From an uncultured cyanobacterium (GTDB taxonomy: Bacteria; Cyanobacteriota; Cyanobacteriia; Cyanobacteriales; Nostocaceae), in NCBI GenBank assembly GCA_963706595.1, contig OY970166.1, forward strand, positions 2,816,001 to 2,880,000: a stretch of 64,000 nucleotides of DNA, read 5' to 3'. The first letter of the stretch is position 1; each line of letters begins with the position of its first letter. Positions 50,718-60,963 of this stretch are shown here, piece after piece. The position numbers were made by a program, and so were the translations under genes. The notes beneath the pieces were generated by a model, which did not search any database, had not been told where the DNA came from, and worked only from the letters and a program-made list of their open reading frames with translations.

Positions 50718-51536
50718 TCATGGTTGTGTGGAGTTGAGATTTCTGGCTTTGTAAAATAATTCTAAACTATGGCGATCGCCTACAAAACGCCAGTGCCAAG
50801 GTTCATAACTCACACCTTGAGAATTATTCTCTGGAAAAGAAATTTCAAAGCCAAAACGCGCCGCATTGCCTTCTAACCACTTAAAAGCCTTCGTATTTTC
50901 AAAGTTGGTTTGCAGATTAGTGGCTGGTACTGACCCATCTCCTATATCCACAGCGTAACCTGTATGATGTTCACTGTGTCCAGGCGGCGCACTCACCGCA
51001 GCCCTTTCCGATGGGGTTTGATTGCGTCTAGCACCAACTCCAAAAAATAACTGTTCTTGCTCTTTTACAGAACGAAAACCAGAAATTGCCACTAAAATTA
51101 CACCCTCACGCCGCGCCGCTTGCGTCATCGCCTTATACCTTTCGGCTGCAACTTTTCGCAGTCTGATGCGCCTATCTGCGGTAATTGGTAAGAGTTCCGA
51201 CTCTGGCGCTTCTGGGTATGTCAAATGACCTAACAGCGCATCAACATTATTATCTTGACTATTGACAGAATCACTAGTTTGTGTATCGGTGGGAGTTGTG
51301 CCAGTAGATGCAGGTTCAGAGACAACTGTGTTTCTGGGTGCGATCACAAAGAACCAAAAACTAGCAATTAAACCCAGGACGATTAACCCGGATATTCCGG
51401 TGATCAGTAAAGTTAGACGTGGCGAAAGTCGCTTAGGTGCGGCTTCAGGGCTATCGCGTAAAGCTACGGGAATATCTTCTTCGCTAGAGTCACCTGATAA
51501 GTTATGCGGTTGTCCAGAAAACCGAGCTTTATTCAA
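50718..51536 (-). CDS. M15B D-alanyl-D-alanine carboxypeptidase (VanY-like)
   Basis: TM anchor; SGFRS, APPGHSEHHTGYAVD, YEPWHWRF. Confidence 0.92.
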   Translation of the reverse strand: MNKARFSGQPHNLSGDSSEEDIPVALRDSPEAAPKRLSPRLTLLITGISGLIVLGLIASFWFFVIAPRNTVVSEPASTGTTPTDTQTSDSVNSQDNNVDALLGHLTYPEAPESELLPITADRRIRLRKVAAERYKAMTQAARREGVILVAISGFRSVKEQEQLFFGVGARRNQTPSERAAVSAPPGHSEHHTGYAVDIGDGSVPATNLQTNFENTKAFKWLEGNAARFGFEISFPENNSQGVSYEPWHWRFVGDRHSLELFYKARNLNSTQP

Positions 51537-51637
51537 GGATCAACTCCTGCTTTTGTGCAATATTCTTCAAAGATTGTAGACTGGACAGAAATAAACATCT
51601 TCCGTAGTATTCACATCTATTATTCTTCAGCACAATC

Positions 51638-52555
51638 TTGGCTAACCTCCTAGAACTATACGTCAAACTTGTGGGATTAGTCCTAGTAGGCTTTTTTCTG
51701 GGACGCAAACTACCTAACACAGTTCCTACCCGTCTGGCTCAATGGTTATTTTGGGTAGGAGTACCGATAAGCATCGTCGCTTTTTTACGCCGAGCCGACT
51801 TATCGGGACAGATTTGGATTGCTCCGGCGATCGCCTATTTAGCCATTTTACTAGGGGCATTTTTGGCTTGGTGGGGAATGAAAGGGCAAGCCTATTTCAC
51901 CAAAACCATTCACCAAAAATCAACTCAAGGTAGTTTGCTTCTAGCGGCCATGCTGGGTAACACTGGTTATCTTGGCTTTCCCATCACCCTCGCCTTAGTC
52001 GGGCAAGAATACTTTGCCTGGGCTTTATTTTACGATATGTTGGGATCACTATTCGGTGCTTATGGCTTCGGAATAGTCTTGGCCTCTTATTTTGGCGGTA
52101 ATGTCGGTAATTATGGGCAAATTACCAAATCCATTGTGATTAATCCGGCTCTGTGGAGTTTTGGCTTTGGCTTGCTATTTCGAGCCGTGACGCTCCCCCC
52201 TATCTGGGAATCTAGCCTAGAAAAATTAGGTTGGGGCGTGATTGCTTTAACTTTAGTATTAATTGGAATGCGACTTTCCCAGCTTAATTCTTGGCACAGA
52301 CTACCAGAAGCCGGAATCAGCTTAATCATTAAAATGTTAATTGTTCCTTTAGCTATCGGCGGTATATTACCACTTTTTGGCGTAACTGGTGAACCAGCCC
52401 TAGTAATTGTGCTACAAATATCAATGCCTCCAGCATTCGCCACCTTAGTAATTGCTGAAACCTTTAATCTTGACCGCGACCTTGCAGTTACCTCTTTAGC
52501 GGTTGGCTCTCTGGTATTACTGCTGACGCTCCCCATTTGGCTATGGCTGTTTTAA
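51638..52555 (+). CDS. AEC (auxin efflux carrier) family transporter
   Basis: About 10 TM segments; GNTGYLGFP, NP, KMLIVP, SMPPA. Confidence 0.88.
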   Translation: MANLLELYVKLVGLVLVGFFLGRKLPNTVPTRLAQWLFWVGVPISIVAFLRRADLSGQIWIAPAIAYLAILLGAFLAWWGMKGQAYFTKTIHQKSTQGSLLLAAMLGNTGYLGFPITLALVGQEYFAWALFYDMLGSLFGAYGFGIVLASYFGGNVGNYGQITKSIVINPALWSFGFGLLFRAVTLPPIWESSLEKLGWGVIALTLVLIGMRLSQLNSWHRLPEAGISLIIKMLIVPLAIGGILPLFGVTGEPALVIVLQISMPPAFATLVIAETFNLDRDLAVTSLAVGSLVLLLTLPIWLWLF

Positions 52556-52679
52556 TTAATAATAAAGCCCTTGGGGTTGGGACTGTTCCCACCCTAAAAC
52601 GCGCAAGATTGTAGAGCTATGCTAAGTTGACAATTAAATAGACATAAATACACTTATAGACAAAGCTATAAGTGTATTT

Positions 52680-52787
52680 ATGTTTAAACCACATGAATTT
52701 GCCGAAAAAATGGGAGTTTCTGTGAAAACGTTGCAGAGATGGGACAATTCTGGGAAATTACCTGCCAAAAGAACACCATCGAACTAA
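52680..52787 (+). pseudogene. tnpA: IS607 serine-recombinase TnpA N-terminal HTH fragment
   Basis: GVSVKTLQRWD..GKLPAKRTPS MerR-like HTH, truncated at 35 aa. Confidence 0.85.
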
Positions 52788-52920
52788 AACCTGTTCTAAT
52801 TGCGGACATATTCAAGATATGCCGCTTTCAGAAAGAGTTTACAATTGCCACAATTGTGGGCATTCGATGGATAGAGATTTAAACGCAGCAATAGTTTTAT
52901 CAAGGTTGGCTAAACCTTGA
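52786..52920 (+). pseudogene. tnpB: TnpB C-terminal zinc-ribbon / RuvC-III fragment
   Basis: CxxC..CxxC followed by DRDLNAA; no start codon. Confidence 0.88.
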
Positions 52921-53018
52921 AAGCTTGCTGAGGGATAACCGCTCCCATGCTCCCTTTGACGCAAGAAGTAAATGTCTAGCTTTGTCTAACATTTATATAG
53001 CAGAATAGGTGGTTGATA

Positions 53019-53873
53019 TTATTGGGAAACAGCAGATGGATAAACGCCTGTGGAAACTATTACAGGTTTGTTTCTGTACTCAACTTCTAGCTGTCGCTGC
53101 ATATTTAAATCCCAAGTCAGGTCGTAATCTCGCTCTAGGTCAGCAACGACAAACGGACGCAGCACACCTGTAACAACTATACTTTCTCGATCACTGATAA
53201 TTGGCTGTGGATCGGTACGCAATACTAGTAACTCTTCTCCACCTAGTAATTGGTCTTCATCCAAGGTAAATGAAACTTCATTTTTCGTGTCTGCTACTTC
53301 ACCTGCTACAGCCAGAGTTTGACCATAGTATGGGGTGGGGTTAGAAATGATTTCCCCTGGTTTTGGTGCTAATGCCATTGATTGGGCAATAATCACAGGC
53401 TGGTTTTCGTATTCACTGTACAAGTCTGACGACAAGTTCAATTTGTAATCTTTATTGATTTCTGGTAGTACAAATCTGCGGACCTGTCCTGTAGCTTGAA
53501 CTTCTATATCCTGCCCATCAGGCAGAGTAAAAGGTTGACCTGTAGCATTAACAACTAAGATATTATCGCTACCGAATAATTTCTGATCCGTGACTGTAAA
53601 GCTGGTAGGACTTACTAAGCTGATCGGTTGACTTCTAATGGTTACGGTTTGACCAATCAGTTGATTTGTCATGTCTGAAACTTCTTCAGTGACGACATTT
53701 TTTGGCGATGTTGGAGCAATTGCTTCTCGAAATCCATTATTACAACCAGAAAGCAGCAAACTTCCCAGAACTAAAACAGTAATACCTTTAGACTGCCACA
53801 GCTTTTGCATCAAACTACTATTGGGAAAGCTGACACAACGGCTGAAGTGATTTGTGTTCAGTCTATTCAACAT
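53019..53873 (-). CDS. Putative lipoprotein with two tandem repeated domains
   Basis: Lipobox LLLSGC; two similar ~95-aa units (GQT..SFT..LV..TG.(V/L)R.FV....DY.L..EY.N.PVI). Start codon uncertain (53873 has an AGGAG RBS). Confidence 0.75.
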   Translation of the reverse strand: MLNRLNTNHFSRCVSFPNSSLMQKLWQSKGITVLVLGSLLLSGCNNGFREAIAPTSPKNVVTEEVSDMTNQLIGQTVTIRSQPISLVSPTSFTVTDQKLFGSDNILVVNATGQPFTLPDGQDIEVQATGQVRRFVLPEINKDYKLNLSSDLYSEYENQPVIIAQSMALAPKPGEIISNPTPYYGQTLAVAGEVADTKNEVSFTLDEDQLLGGEELLVLRTDPQPIISDRESIVVTGVLRPFVVADLERDYDLTWDLNMQRQLEVEYRNKPVIVSTGVYPSAVSQ

Positions 53874-54110
53874 GAAAAAGCTCCTCATACTTGTTGTTCG
53901 TTCTCTAGAATCAGAGACACAATCTCTGCTCATTACTGGTTGATTTATTTATATCGGTGAATGATGTAGTAAATAAACCCAGAGCATAAATTACATACGA
54001 ACTTTGTAGACCTAGCTATGTTACAAAATCAAATTCGTCTTTTCTTCCATCCTTTGGATCATTTATTTTTTATAACTTCTGAAGGATAACAACTTAATTA
54101 AAATAATATA

Positions 54111-54256
54111 TGGGAATCCGATTTGATTTATGAAAAAATCAAGTATCGTAGGGTGCGTTAGGATGAAATCCGTAACGCACCAAAGCCTTAATAATGGTGC
54201 GTTACGCTGCGCTAACACACCCTACTTGTTTGTTCAATAATCAAATAGTATTCCTA
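54111..54256. mobile_element. MITE related to 21237-21503 (opposite orientation) carrying a REP doublet
   Basis: TIRs TGGGAATCCGATTTGATTTATGAA / TTCAATAATCAAATAGTATTCCTA; internal GTAGGGTGCGTTAGGATGAAATCCGTAACGCACC identical to 21383-21416. Confidence 0.7.
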
Positions 54257-54450
54257 TAGGTGATGATCATTAAACATTACTCATGTTCTTGTTTGCTAGC
54301 CCGGATTTCTTCCTGGTGAAAAATCTGGTAACGCAATTTTAGATTGGGGATTTTAAATTTGTGTCTAATCCAAAATTAAAAATGGCAGCAGGAAATTTTT
54401 AATTAATAAATTAACTTGTTATCCTGCATATCTTCACAAAGAGGTTGAGA

Positions 54451-55689
54451 ATGAATCAGCAAAGTAATCATGAATCAGAGGAAACACAGCCTAGTTTATC
54501 TGCCCGATTAATAGAACTGGCTCAACTTTTTCTTAAGTTAGGCTTAATTGGTTTTGGTGGACCTCAAGCTCACATTGCCATGATTAATGATGAAGCGGTA
54601 GTGCGGCGGGGTTGGTTTACCCAAGAACAATTTTTAGAAGGAGTGGCAATTTGCGAGATGTTACCTGGTCCGGCTTCTACGCAGATGGGAATTTATACTG
54701 GGTATGTGCGGGCGGGACAGTTGGGTGCTTTAGTGGCTGGTATTTGTTTTATTTTGCCCGCTTTTTTAATTGTGCTGACTCTATCTTGGGCATATTTTCG
54801 TTTTCAGGGTATACCGCAGATTGAAAATTTGTTTCTGGGGGTGACACCTGTGGTGATTGCGATCATCTTCGGGTTTTGCTGGAAGTTAGGAAAACGGGCT
54901 ATTACAGATGTCAAAGGTGTGGCGATCGCGTTAGCTGTCCTACTTGTCACGTTGCTATTTCAAGTTAATATTTTATTACAATTCGTCTTAGCGGGGATTG
55001 TCGGGTTAATCCTTTACAGTCCATCAAATCGCAGCAGTGCTTGGCTAGTTCCCCTCTTACCGATGATGCAGGTACTACCCAAAACCTTAGCGACTGTATC
55101 TACTGACACATTAGCATTGTCCAGCTTTTGGGGACTAGAACGGATTCAAGAGTATTATTTAACGTTAATATTTTTCTTCTTAAAAGTCGGTAGTTTTATC
55201 TTCGGGGGTGGGTTAGTGATTATCCCCTTGCTGGAGTCGGAAGTAGTCAATCAATTTCATTGGTTAACCCGCAGCGAATTTCTGGACGGTGTTGCTATTG
55301 GTGAATTTACTCCGGGTCCGGTGGTGATTACGGCGGCTTTTGTCGGCTATAAGGTGGCTGGTGCAATGGGGGCTTTAATTTCGGCGATCGCCATTTTTAC
55401 CCCATCATTTCTATTTATTATGGGGGCTGCACCGATCTTAGTTCGCATTCGTCAAAACCCTGGGATTCGTAGCTTTTTGCAAGGCGTGACTCCGGCGGTT
55501 CTGGGTGCGATCGCCGCAGCAGCCATTCCCCTCGCAAAAACTGCTATCATCCAAGATACTCTGGGGCGCTCCATCTTAGCTGCGATTATCGGCATTCTGG
55601 CTTTAATTGCTCTAATCCGCTTCAAACGTCCCACATGGCAATTAGTCCCCACTGGTGCAGTTATAGGCTTAATTGCTGGCACTTTTTAA
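54451..55689 (+). CDS. chrA: Chromate efflux transporter (long-chain CHR)
   Basis: Two homologous halves: GFGG..MLPGP and FIFGGG..FTPGP. Confidence 0.92.
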   Translation: MNQQSNHESEETQPSLSARLIELAQLFLKLGLIGFGGPQAHIAMINDEAVVRRGWFTQEQFLEGVAICEMLPGPASTQMGIYTGYVRAGQLGALVAGICFILPAFLIVLTLSWAYFRFQGIPQIENLFLGVTPVVIAIIFGFCWKLGKRAITDVKGVAIALAVLLVTLLFQVNILLQFVLAGIVGLILYSPSNRSSAWLVPLLPMMQVLPKTLATVSTDTLALSSFWGLERIQEYYLTLIFFFLKVGSFIFGGGLVIIPLLESEVVNQFHWLTRSEFLDGVAIGEFTPGPVVITAAFVGYKVAGAMGALISAIAIFTPSFLFIMGAAPILVRIRQNPGIRSFLQGVTPAVLGAIAAAAIPLAKTAIIQDTLGRSILAAIIGILALIALIRFKRPTWQLVPTGAVIGLIAGTF

Positions 55690-55699
55690 CAGTTGCTTC

Positions 55700-55779
55700 T
55701 ACCCATTCCCCGTTCCCCATTCCCCACTCCCCACTCCCCACTCCCCACTCCCCACTCCCCACTCCCCACTCCCCATTCC
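55700..55779. repeat. STRR1-type (CCCCACT)n
   Basis: About 11 heptamer units between convergent genes. Confidence 0.9.
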
Positions 55780-56298
55780 TCAGCAAGGTTGACTTACCTT
55801 TGCTGTTAATTCTGCGGGGTTCATATTTTCGTAGTGTTCAAAGGGTTGATGAATCCAGGGGTTATCGGGCAGATAATCGACATAATAATCTGGTTTGATG
55901 GTAGAACAGGCTTTATACCACAGTACCGCCGTGCGAATTTCTGTAACGCCAAAATTACTATTTTGCTTTAACCAAGGTATAGTCTGCTCAATTGTGATTC
56001 CAGAATCTACCAAATCATCAACTAGGAGAATGTGGGAACCTAACTTTTCTGTGGTCATTGTTAAGTGACGAGACAAGGTTAAATTGCCTCTTTCTTGCTT
56101 ACCAGAACCACTGTAAGAAGATGTAGCTAAAATTGCCAAGGGCTGCTGATATATCCGGGAAATGATATCTCCCACTCGCAGTCCTCCTCTAGCGAGACAA
56201 ACAATCTGGTTGAATTCCCAGCCTGATTGATATATCTGAGCCGCTAGGTGTTCAATTTTCTGGTGATAATCTAACCAAGAAACGTAAAGGTCTGGCAT
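55780..56298 (-). CDS. Type I phosphoribosyltransferase (purine salvage-like)
   Basis: LARGG, ILLVDDLVDSGIT PRPP motif, PDYY, WIHQPFE. Start set at MPDLY to avoid overlap with the divergent gene. Confidence 0.9.
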   Translation of the reverse strand: MPDLYVSWLDYHQKIEHLAAQIYQSGWEFNQIVCLARGGLRVGDIISRIYQQPLAILATSSYSGSGKQERGNLTLSRHLTMTTEKLGSHILLVDDLVDSGITIEQTIPWLKQNSNFGVTEIRTAVLWYKACSTIKPDYYVDYLPDNPWIHQPFEHYENMNPAELTAKVSQPC

Positions 56299-56358
56299 AA
56301 ATGAAGTAATTTTTAAGTGATACTGAAGCAACTACAAACTTTTTATCTGAGTATGAGC

Positions 56359-57807
56359 ATGAATGATTCGGTTGATGAGTCTGCCGGCATGAATCCAGAA
56401 AATGCCAAACTGGATTTGAAAACCAAACTAGCTTATGGGGCTGGAGATTTTGGACCAGCCATTACTGGCAATATTTCTATATTTTTTCTGCTGGTTTTCT
56501 TTACCAATGTGGCTGGGATTCCGGCTGGTTTAGCTGGTAGCGTTTTAATGATTGGTAAAATTTGGGATGCGATCAACGACCCGATTATTGGAGTGTTGTC
56601 AGATAGAACCAAATCTCGGCGCTGGGGTCGTCGTTTACCTTGGATGCTTTACGGGGCAATTCCTTTTGGCGTGATCTTTTTCTTGCAGTGGATTGTACCG
56701 CGTTTTAGTGCCGACCAGAGTAGTAATATTTGGCCATTGTTTTGGTATTATGTCGCCATTGGGTTATTATCTCAGGTGGTTTACACCGTTGTCAGTTTGC
56801 CTTATACGGCAATGACTCCAGAGCTAACTCAAGATTATGATGAACGCACTAGCCTGAATAGCTTTCGCTTTGCTTTTTCGATTAGTGGCAGTATTTTATC
56901 GTTGATTTTAGCGCAAATTATTTTTTCTACCATTGAAAATGACCAACAACAATATCTCGTATTAGCGGGAATTTGTGCGGTAATTTCGGTTTTAGCTATA
57001 TATGTTTGTATTTTCGGAGTGCGCGATCGCGTTTTAGCTTTTGAAGCCAAGCGTACCCAAATTGAACAACCTGTATCCATACCCTTCTTTGAACAACTAA
57101 AAATCGTTTTTAACAATGGACCGTTTCTATTTGTGATTGGTATATATCTTTTTTCTTGGTTGGGAGTACAAGTCACAGCCACCACTATTCCTTATTTTGT
57201 GATCAACTGTATGGGTTTAAACGATTCAGATGTCCCCACAGTCATGATTGCAGTCCAAGCAACAGCCTTGCTAATGTTATTTGTTTGGAGTGCTTTAAGC
57301 AAGAAAATCGGGAAAAAAGTGGTTTATTTTCTGGGAATGAGTTTCTGGATAATCGCCGCCGGAGGACTGTTTTTTTTACAGCCTGGTCAAATAGGTTTAA
57401 TGTATCTCATGGCTGTAATGGCTGGTGTTGGCGTGTCCACAGCTTATTTAGTTCCTTGGTCACTGATTCCAGATGTGATTGACTTAGATGAATACCGCAC
57501 CGGACAACGCCGAGAAGGAATTTTTTATGGCTTTATGGTTTTGCTGCAAAAATTAGGTTTAGCTTTAGGAATATTTTTAGTCGGAAACGCTTTACAAGCC
57601 GCCGGTTTCCAAGCAACCATAGCAGGACAAGCTATACCCATACAACCAGAATCAGCCTTAACAGCCATCCGCATCACCGTTGGTCCATTACCGACAATTT
57701 TCTTGATTTGTGGTTTATTTCTGACATATTTTTATCCAATTACCCGTGAGATGCACGCAGAGATTATGATGAAACTCAAAGCCCGTCAGGAAAATATAGG
57801 AATTTAA
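56359..57807 (+). CDS. MFS transporter, GPH/MelB-like glycoside:cation symporter
   Basis: YGAGD, WDAINDPIIG..SDRT..WGRRLPW, LTQDYDER, D.IDLDE..TGQRREG. Confidence 0.9.
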   Translation: MNDSVDESAGMNPENAKLDLKTKLAYGAGDFGPAITGNISIFFLLVFFTNVAGIPAGLAGSVLMIGKIWDAINDPIIGVLSDRTKSRRWGRRLPWMLYGAIPFGVIFFLQWIVPRFSADQSSNIWPLFWYYVAIGLLSQVVYTVVSLPYTAMTPELTQDYDERTSLNSFRFAFSISGSILSLILAQIIFSTIENDQQQYLVLAGICAVISVLAIYVCIFGVRDRVLAFEAKRTQIEQPVSIPFFEQLKIVFNNGPFLFVIGIYLFSWLGVQVTATTIPYFVINCMGLNDSDVPTVMIAVQATALLMLFVWSALSKKIGKKVVYFLGMSFWIIAAGGLFFLQPGQIGLMYLMAVMAGVGVSTAYLVPWSLIPDVIDLDEYRTGQRREGIFYGFMVLLQKLGLALGIFLVGNALQAAGFQATIAGQAIPIQPESALTAIRITVGPLPTIFLICGLFLTYFYPITREMHAEIMMKLKARQENIGI

Positions 57808-57811
57808 TGAT

Positions 57812-57905
57812 TAGACATCTGGTGACAAAGAATCTAGAGACGTTCCATGGAACGTCTCTACAACGCTTCTGTGATCACGCATATTTTATTTTCATCAGAT
57901 GTCTA
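57812..57905. mobile_element. 94-bp MITE-like element with 14-bp TIRs around a perfect palindrome
   Basis: TAGACATCTGGTGA / TCATCAGATGTCTA; core TAGAGACGTTCCATGGAACGTCTCTA. Confidence 0.65.
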
Positions 57906-58062
57906 TTAACCGCCGATGAACGCTACGGATTTCGGATATATAGTCGCGGATCATGAAAGCGTTCACCTAGCCTGCTGGAGGCTGTATTCCAATCACCAAG
58001 TCTATCTGGCAAAATTCGATTACCATAGCTGAGTATTCAAATATTTGGACTGTAAAAATTCT

Positions 58063-58440
58063 ATGACTAGAGTGACATCTCAAGAAATTGCCCTGTTTCG
58101 TTCTCAATTAGTTGATGATTCTATGGCTATGGAAGCTCTAGACTTGATTGAAGATTGTGATGGAGATTTAGAAGATGCAGCCATGAGTCTGGCGATTCGG
58201 GCGGGACAAGAACCAGGTATGACTAATTCCGAGTGGTTGGATGCTATAGCCAGAAAATGGCGGGCGGTGGTTTGTGAACAAGAATACCGCCAGGATTTAC
58301 TCAATAACTCTTTGGTGAGTGTCATGGAACGTCTCAAAAAAATGCCATCATTTCCTCAGATTTTGGCAGTCCCAGTTCTCATCTATATTCTTAAGCAAGG
58401 CGTGAATGATTTTTGTGAGCCACTGGATTCGTTTCAGTGA
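58063..58440 (+). CDS. Hypothetical protein
   Basis: 125-aa acidic helical ORF (IEDCDGDLEDAA..PVLIY..FC). Confidence 0.75.
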   Translation: MTRVTSQEIALFRSQLVDDSMAMEALDLIEDCDGDLEDAAMSLAIRAGQEPGMTNSEWLDAIARKWRAVVCEQEYRQDLLNNSLVSVMERLKKMPSFPQILAVPVLIYILKQGVNDFCEPLDSFQ

Positions 58441-58631
58441 TATCTGCACCTAGAAAGTGGGATAATAGGGAGATGCGAAACACAATTCCACATTTCCCGT
58501 AACACAGTAGTTAACTTTGTCTCCTCTACCCTGTCGATTTCTAAATCTCTGAAATTAGACACAAGATTGATTCAACTAGCACTGATACGCTGTAAATTAA
58601 GAACTTTTATCACACAATTATTATTTAATCA

Positions 58632-59138
58632 ATGAATTACGTTGTTGCCGTGTTACCAGACCGTATCCAAGCCGAAGGCGCTTACTTAGCTCTAGAAGCC
58701 GAGGGCATCAAAAGCACTATCCTGGGAAGGGGTTATAAAACTGCTGATGAGTTTGGTTTGATTGACCCCAAGGAACAAGCTAAAAAGCAAGCCAAGCTGA
58801 TGTCTTATTGGCTGATCCCATTCGGCTTTTTTGCAGGTTGTGGTTTCAGCCTAGCTACAGGTTTAAATACCTTTGCTTGGGCGGGGGAAATTGGCAATCA
58901 CATCGTTGGGGGACTGCTGGGCGCTGTTGGTGGCGCTATGGGTAGTGTGTTTGTCGGTGGTGGTGTTGGTTTAGTGCTGGGCGGTGGTGATGCTTTACCC
59001 TACCGCAATCGGTTAGATATGGGTAAATACATAGTTGTGGTTCAAGTTTCTGAAGCCATCAGTCGGCAAGCAACTCGGATATTGCGTAAATTTGAGCCAG
59101 AAAATATCCAAGGTTATGCTGATACAACTAACACATAG
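58632..59138 (+). CDS. Hypothetical membrane protein with glycine-zipper-like helices
   Basis: Gly-rich TM pair (GGLLGAVGGAMGS); 18 bp upstream of the S4 gene. Confidence 0.8.
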   Translation: MNYVVAVLPDRIQAEGAYLALEAEGIKSTILGRGYKTADEFGLIDPKEQAKKQAKLMSYWLIPFGFFAGCGFSLATGLNTFAWAGEIGNHIVGGLLGAVGGAMGSVFVGGGVGLVLGGGDALPYRNRLDMGKYIVVVQVSEAISRQATRILRKFEPENIQGYADTTNT

Positions 59139-59156
59139 AAATTCAAAATTGGGATC

Positions 59157-59936
59157 ATGTTACCAAGAGAAGAACTTTTAAAAGGTGTTGAAAATCGAGA
59201 TAGTGTCGCTCGTGTGATTGATCAGGCTGAACAAGCGATTAAAACTTGGGAAGTGGTTTTGACTGATTTTTTGTCTCCGCCGGAATTAGCAGAAATTAAC
59301 CGGGTATTCAGTCGATTAACAGATGTGCAATTAGTCGCCTGGGGCGGTTATCCCCAAGCCGAACGTCAAAGAATTGCGATCGCACGTTCGGAACTTCCCT
59401 TAGAAACATCTCAAGTTGACCTCGTAGCCCTGGAATTCGCTGGTAATTTTCTTTTTGATACCGCCTCTCACCGCGACTTTTTAGGCGCAATGCTGGGGAC
59501 AGGCATCGTCCGTGAAAAGACAGGAGATATTATTGTTCTGGGCGAACGGGGAGCGCAAGCCATTGTCGCGCCGGAGTTAGCAGAATTTTTAGAAATCAGT
59601 CTGCAACAGGTGCGTTCAGTGCCGGTGAAAACGCAGCGCATTGATATCAATGAGTTAAAGGTTAGGGAACCGAAGAAGAAGGAATTAACCACAGTTGAGG
59701 CTTCTTTGCGATTAGATGCGATCGCCTCGGCTGGTTTTGGGATGTCCCGCAGCAAAATGGTCAATTTTATTGAGGGTGGTGATGTCCGCGTCAATTGGAA
59801 AGACGTTAGTCAAGCTAGTTCTCAAGTCAAATCAGGTGACTTAATCGCTATTCGTGGTAAAGGACGTTTAGAAGTAGGAGAAATTGCCGTTACAAAAAAA
59901 GAACGTTACCGAGTTCAATTAACAAGATATATGTAA
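59157..59936 (+). CDS. Photosystem II S4-domain protein (Sll1252/YlmH-like)
   Basis: TDFLSP, GGYPQAER, HRDFLGA, GDI, SLRLDAIAS..SRSK, RGKGR. Confidence 0.92.
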   Translation: MLPREELLKGVENRDSVARVIDQAEQAIKTWEVVLTDFLSPPELAEINRVFSRLTDVQLVAWGGYPQAERQRIAIARSELPLETSQVDLVALEFAGNFLFDTASHRDFLGAMLGTGIVREKTGDIIVLGERGAQAIVAPELAEFLEISLQQVRSVPVKTQRIDINELKVREPKKKELTTVEASLRLDAIASAGFGMSRSKMVNFIEGGDVRVNWKDVSQASSQVKSGDLIAIRGKGRLEVGEIAVTKKERYRVQLTRYM

Positions 59937-60069
59937 TTAATTGAAATTTGTAATAGTTCCCAATGAATATTTTTCCAAATTAATTCGCAGTGGTATTCCT
60001 GTGGAATTAGATGCAGAAGATATATAGTTAATCTTTTAACTCACCCCGCCTTTGACTTCCTTCAAATTC

Positions 60070-60110
60070 TCCCCTCTCCTTACTAAGGAGAGGGGCTGGG
60101 GGTGAGGTTC
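60070..60110. repeat. REP-like hairpin repeat
   Basis: CCCCTCTCCTTACTAAGGAGAGGGG perfect hairpin followed by CTGGGGGTGAGGTTC. Confidence 0.7.
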
Positions 60111-60280
60111 TATATTTTATTAAATCTAATTGCTATCCTCATATCAGGTTCTTGTTTTTCGTGACACAGGAAGAAGTGTAAATTAAGATTAGCTACTGAA
60201 TCATCGCATTCACTCAAAATTATTTAACTCAACCAGAAATTTAACCACGATAATAGAATTAACCTTTCGTGAAAATGATC

Positions 60281-60874
60281 ATGGAGACCCTCACCTTAAA
60301 CATACCTCCAAGCGTAGGTTTAACCGATGAGCAGTTTTATCAACTCTGCATTGCTAACGAACCTTGGCAATTAGAACTTACCCAGACTGGAGAATTAATT
60401 ATTATGCCACCAACAGGTGGAGAAAGCGGAATTAGAAACTCAGATATTAATATAGAACTCGGTTTATGGAACCGTCAAACCAAATTAGGCAAAGTTTTTG
60501 ACTCTTCCACTGAGTTTAAATTACCCAATGGTGCATATCGCTGTCCTGATGCGGCTTGGGTGAAGTTAGAACGTTGGGAAGCTTTAACCAAAGATGAAAA
60601 AAGACGTTTTCCGCCGCTTTGTCCTGATTTTGTGATTGAACTGCGTTCAGAAAGTGATAGTTTAACTAAATTACGCCCTAAAATGCGAGAGTATCAAGAA
60701 AATGGTGCGCGGTTAGGGTGGTTAATTGATCCGCAAACACCTGCGGTAGAAATTTATCGCCCAGGACAAGATGTAGAAGTTTTGAATTTCTCTTTTGATC
60801 AACCTCCTCAACTTTCTGGTGAAGCAGTTCTACCTGGTTTTGTTTTAGATTTGACGATTATTTTAAATCCATAG
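60281..60874 (+). CDS. Uma2 family (DUF820) putative endonuclease
   Basis: GELIIMPPTG, FDSST.F.LPNG..PDAAW, PDFVIELRS, KM.EY..NG.RLGWLIDP. Confidence 0.93.
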   Translation: METLTLNIPPSVGLTDEQFYQLCIANEPWQLELTQTGELIIMPPTGGESGIRNSDINIELGLWNRQTKLGKVFDSSTEFKLPNGAYRCPDAAWVKLERWEALTKDEKRRFPPLCPDFVIELRSESDSLTKLRPKMREYQENGARLGWLIDPQTPAVEIYRPGQDVEVLNFSFDQPPQLSGEAVLPGFVLDLTIILNP

Positions 60875-60963
60875 AGTCGAGTAAAGGTTAAAGCCTTAGC
60901 TTAACTATCTGTACGATTGCTCATTTGATCCCAACCCTTACCCGACAAAGATTTTGCTTGAGT

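Larger units (their letters stand above)
52614..53004 (+). mobile_element. Internally deleted IS607-family element (tnpA 5' end joined to tnpB 3' end, both termini apparently retained)
   Basis: TAGACA-type short repeats near both ends. 52680-52787 encodes MFKPHEFAEKMGVSVKTLQRWDNSGKLPAKRTPSN*. 52786-52920 encodes KTCSNCG..YNCHNCG..DRDLNAA. Exact ends are approximate. Confidence 0.85.

Noticed and set aside
53004..53020. IS607 guide matching AATAGGTGG near 28184
   Set aside because: Only about 9-10 nt of identity, expected by chance in 64 kb.
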